Of a stretch of 64,000 nucleotides of DNA, positions 62,174-64,000 are shown in pieces (position 1 is the stretch's first letter; every line of letters begins with the position of its first letter). The stretch covers positions 1 through 64,000 of the forward strand of contig MCFE01000412.1 of NCBI GenBank assembly GCA_002104905.1, given 5' to 3'. The position numbers were made by a program, and so were the translations under genes. Source of the DNA: Basidiobolus meristosporus CBS 931.73 (Eukaryota > Fungi > Basidiobolomycota). The notes beneath the pieces were generated by a model. That model was not told where the DNA came from. It saw only the letters and a program-made list of their open reading frames with translations, and did no database searches.

Positions 62174-63178
62174 ATGGTCAAAGTCGCTATTCTTGGTGCT
62201 GCTGGTGGTATTGGCCAGCCGCTCTCCCTACTTCTCAAGCAAAACACTTTGGTCTCCCATCTCGCTCTGTACGATATCGTCAGTGTATCAGGAATTGCCG
62301 CTGATCTTTCGCATATCAATACCGCATCAACCGTTACAGCCCATGTCGGCCCGGATTCCCTTCGAGATGCCGTTACTAACGCTCATATTGTGCTTATAGC
62401 AGCTGGGGTTCCAAGAAAACCTGGGATGTTTCGAAATGATCTATTCAAACTCAATGCTGGTATTATTGAGAATATGGCCACTGTTGCCGCCAAGTATTGC
62501 CCTAAGGCATACATGTTAATAGTGACCAACCCTGTTAACTCTACGGTTCCAATCGTAGCGAAAGTCTTCAAAAAAGCGGGGGTATACGATGCCAAACGCC
62601 TATTTGGTGTTTCCACCCTTGATTCTGTTCGTGCCTCGCGCTTTGTCACCGAAATCATCCCCGAGTTGAATCCGATAAGCACTAGTATTCCGGTGATAGG
62701 CGGCCACTCTGGTAATACCATCGTACCACTTCTCTCGCAACTATCCTCGACTACAAACCTCAGCAAGGAGCAAATTGAAGCATTAACTCATCATATACAA
62801 TATGCTGGAGATGAGATTATAGTCGCCAAGGGTGGTATCACATCTGCCACGTTAAGTATGGCCCACGCGGGTAGCCGCTTTGTGGGAAGTATTTTGGAGG
62901 CGACTGTGAACGGGACGCTAGGAATAATCGAACCTGCCTACGTTCATCTCGAAGCAGATGCGCAGGGTGGAGATCAGATAAAGAAAGAAACCGATTGCGA
63001 TTTCTTCGCTACTAATGTGGAGCTTGGTGTGGATGGAATCGCACGCGTTGTACCATTTGGTTCCATTTCTCCATATGAGAAGAATATCCTGGAGAATGCT
63101 ATAGCAGAGCTAAAGGAGAACATCAAGTTAGGACTCAGTTATATTCGTGATTACGAGGTTGACCCGATAACCGCTTAA
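62174..63178 (+). CDS. NAD-malate dehydrogenase, divergent third paralogue
   Basis: [14 protein letters not shown]; PRKPGMFRNDLF; TLDSVRA; GGHSG; C-terminal extension RDYEVDPITA. Confidence 0.88.
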   Translation: MVKVAILGAAGGIGQPLSLLLKQNTLVSHLALYDIVSVSGIAADLSHINTASTVTAHVGPDSLRDAVTNAHIVLIAAGVPRKPGMFRNDLFKLNAGIIENMATVAAKYCPKAYMLIVTNPVNSTVPIVAKVFKKAGVYDAKRLFGVSTLDSVRASRFVTEIIPELNPISTSIPVIGGHSGNTIVPLLSQLSSTTNLSKEQIEALTHHIQYAGDEIIVAKGGITSATLSMAHAGSRFVGSILEATVNGTLGIIEPAYVHLEADAQGGDQIKKETDCDFFATNVELGVDGIARVVPFGSISPYEKNILENAIAELKENIKLGLSYIRDYEVDPITA

Positions 63179-63585
63179 CATCTGCAAAGCTTAGTTGTTC
63201 ATCTTTGTGCCTGCTTTTCCCAAAGAATAAAGATATTGGGATGGTTCATGCTACAAACTACCCATATTGCGTGATTTTATAATACACGCAACTACGTGAA
63301 TGAAGTTCAGCAGCCCATCTGGTAACTTCGTTGCATCTGCAAAGGATAACATATGATGGGGAGATAAGAATGACGGCAACGAGGATTAGTAGCAGCATGA
63401 TCTCATTACACTCCAGGGAGGCAGTCCCCATACTCATATGCTACAATGAAGCCAAACATCACACGAGGACGGAAATCGAGCTGGGTAAGAGTATCATGCT
63501 TAGGGTTAGGCCTTTGACATCACAAGTACCGCCACTTTCAAGATATTACACCTTTGTTGGGAGTAATAAAAAATAATTTGAAGAA

Positions 63586-63639
63586 ATACACCGATCAATA
63601 CAGCGATCAATACAGCGATCAATACACCGATCAATACAC
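63586..63639 (+). repeat. 12-bp tandem repeat ATACA(C/G)CGATCA, 4.5 copies
   Basis: Directly visible. Confidence 0.9.
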
Positions 63640-63734
63640 ATATGCTTTTGATATTCCAGCTGTAGTATGGTGATTGACGAACCAATGTTGATGATGTTTC
63701 GTATTAATATAAGGTGGCTGAACGAAATATTTAT

Positions 63735-64000
63735 TTATCCGATGTATCTGTTTCCACTGGAATATCTGATCCTGAGGTACCTCTTCTGGCGCCCACCATG
63801 ACTACGGGCGGCTGGTTGAGTGATGATGTTCAGGGGCTGTTGCTGCTTAGGCTGATAAAAGGTTTGGCCGATAACCTGTGCTTGATCGAACTGGTTGGAT
63901 TTCGATAGGGCATTAGCATCAATGGATGAATTAGCGTTCACACTGTCCAACAAGGCCTGTCTTGGTTGTATATCGACTATGTTCAAGTTAGTCACGTTGT
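63735..64000 (-). CDS. Possible 3' end of a gene entering from beyond the window
   Basis: Frame is open to the window edge; Gln/Asn-rich; no family recognised. Confidence 0.3.
   Translation of the reverse strand, partial: NVTNLNIVDIQPRQALLDSVNANSSIDANALSKSNQFDQAQVIGQTFYQPKQQQPLNIITQPAARSHGGRQKRYLRIRYSSGNRYIG

Noticed and set aside
62174-63178. Third MDH as a converted lactate dehydrogenase
   Set aside because: The specificity-loop arginine (PRKPGM.R) is retained.

Overview
Eukaryotic (fungal) genomic DNA, probably from an early-diverging zygomycete-grade lineage such as Basidiobolus (inferred from gene content and intron style; not verified by search). The window has two sharply different compartments. 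(1) Bases 1 to ~19.1 kb are an AT-rich, almost CpG-free island of nested, decayed transposons. A CACTA/EnSpm-type transposase gene (minus strand) carries three same-orientation insertions of a PIF/Harbinger-superfamily element (AAT target duplications). A divergent ORF is split by two Ty1/copia elements, and there are two solo LTRs. (2) From ~19.2 kb to 64 kb is a CpG-rich, gene-dense region: KU80 (with an unusual acidic tandem-repeat tail), an aftiphilin/Laa2-like gene, beta-MPP, TOM1/HUWE1, ATG15, PRP6, ECH1, an orphan ORF, RPP21, an animal-type SMARCC/SWI3, BAP31, dynactin p62, a BTB protein, an inverted pair of GH46 chitosanases, and three malate dehydrogenases. No rRNA, tRNA or CRISPR array was seen. 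Counts and alignments were done by eye, and spliced gene boundaries are approximate.
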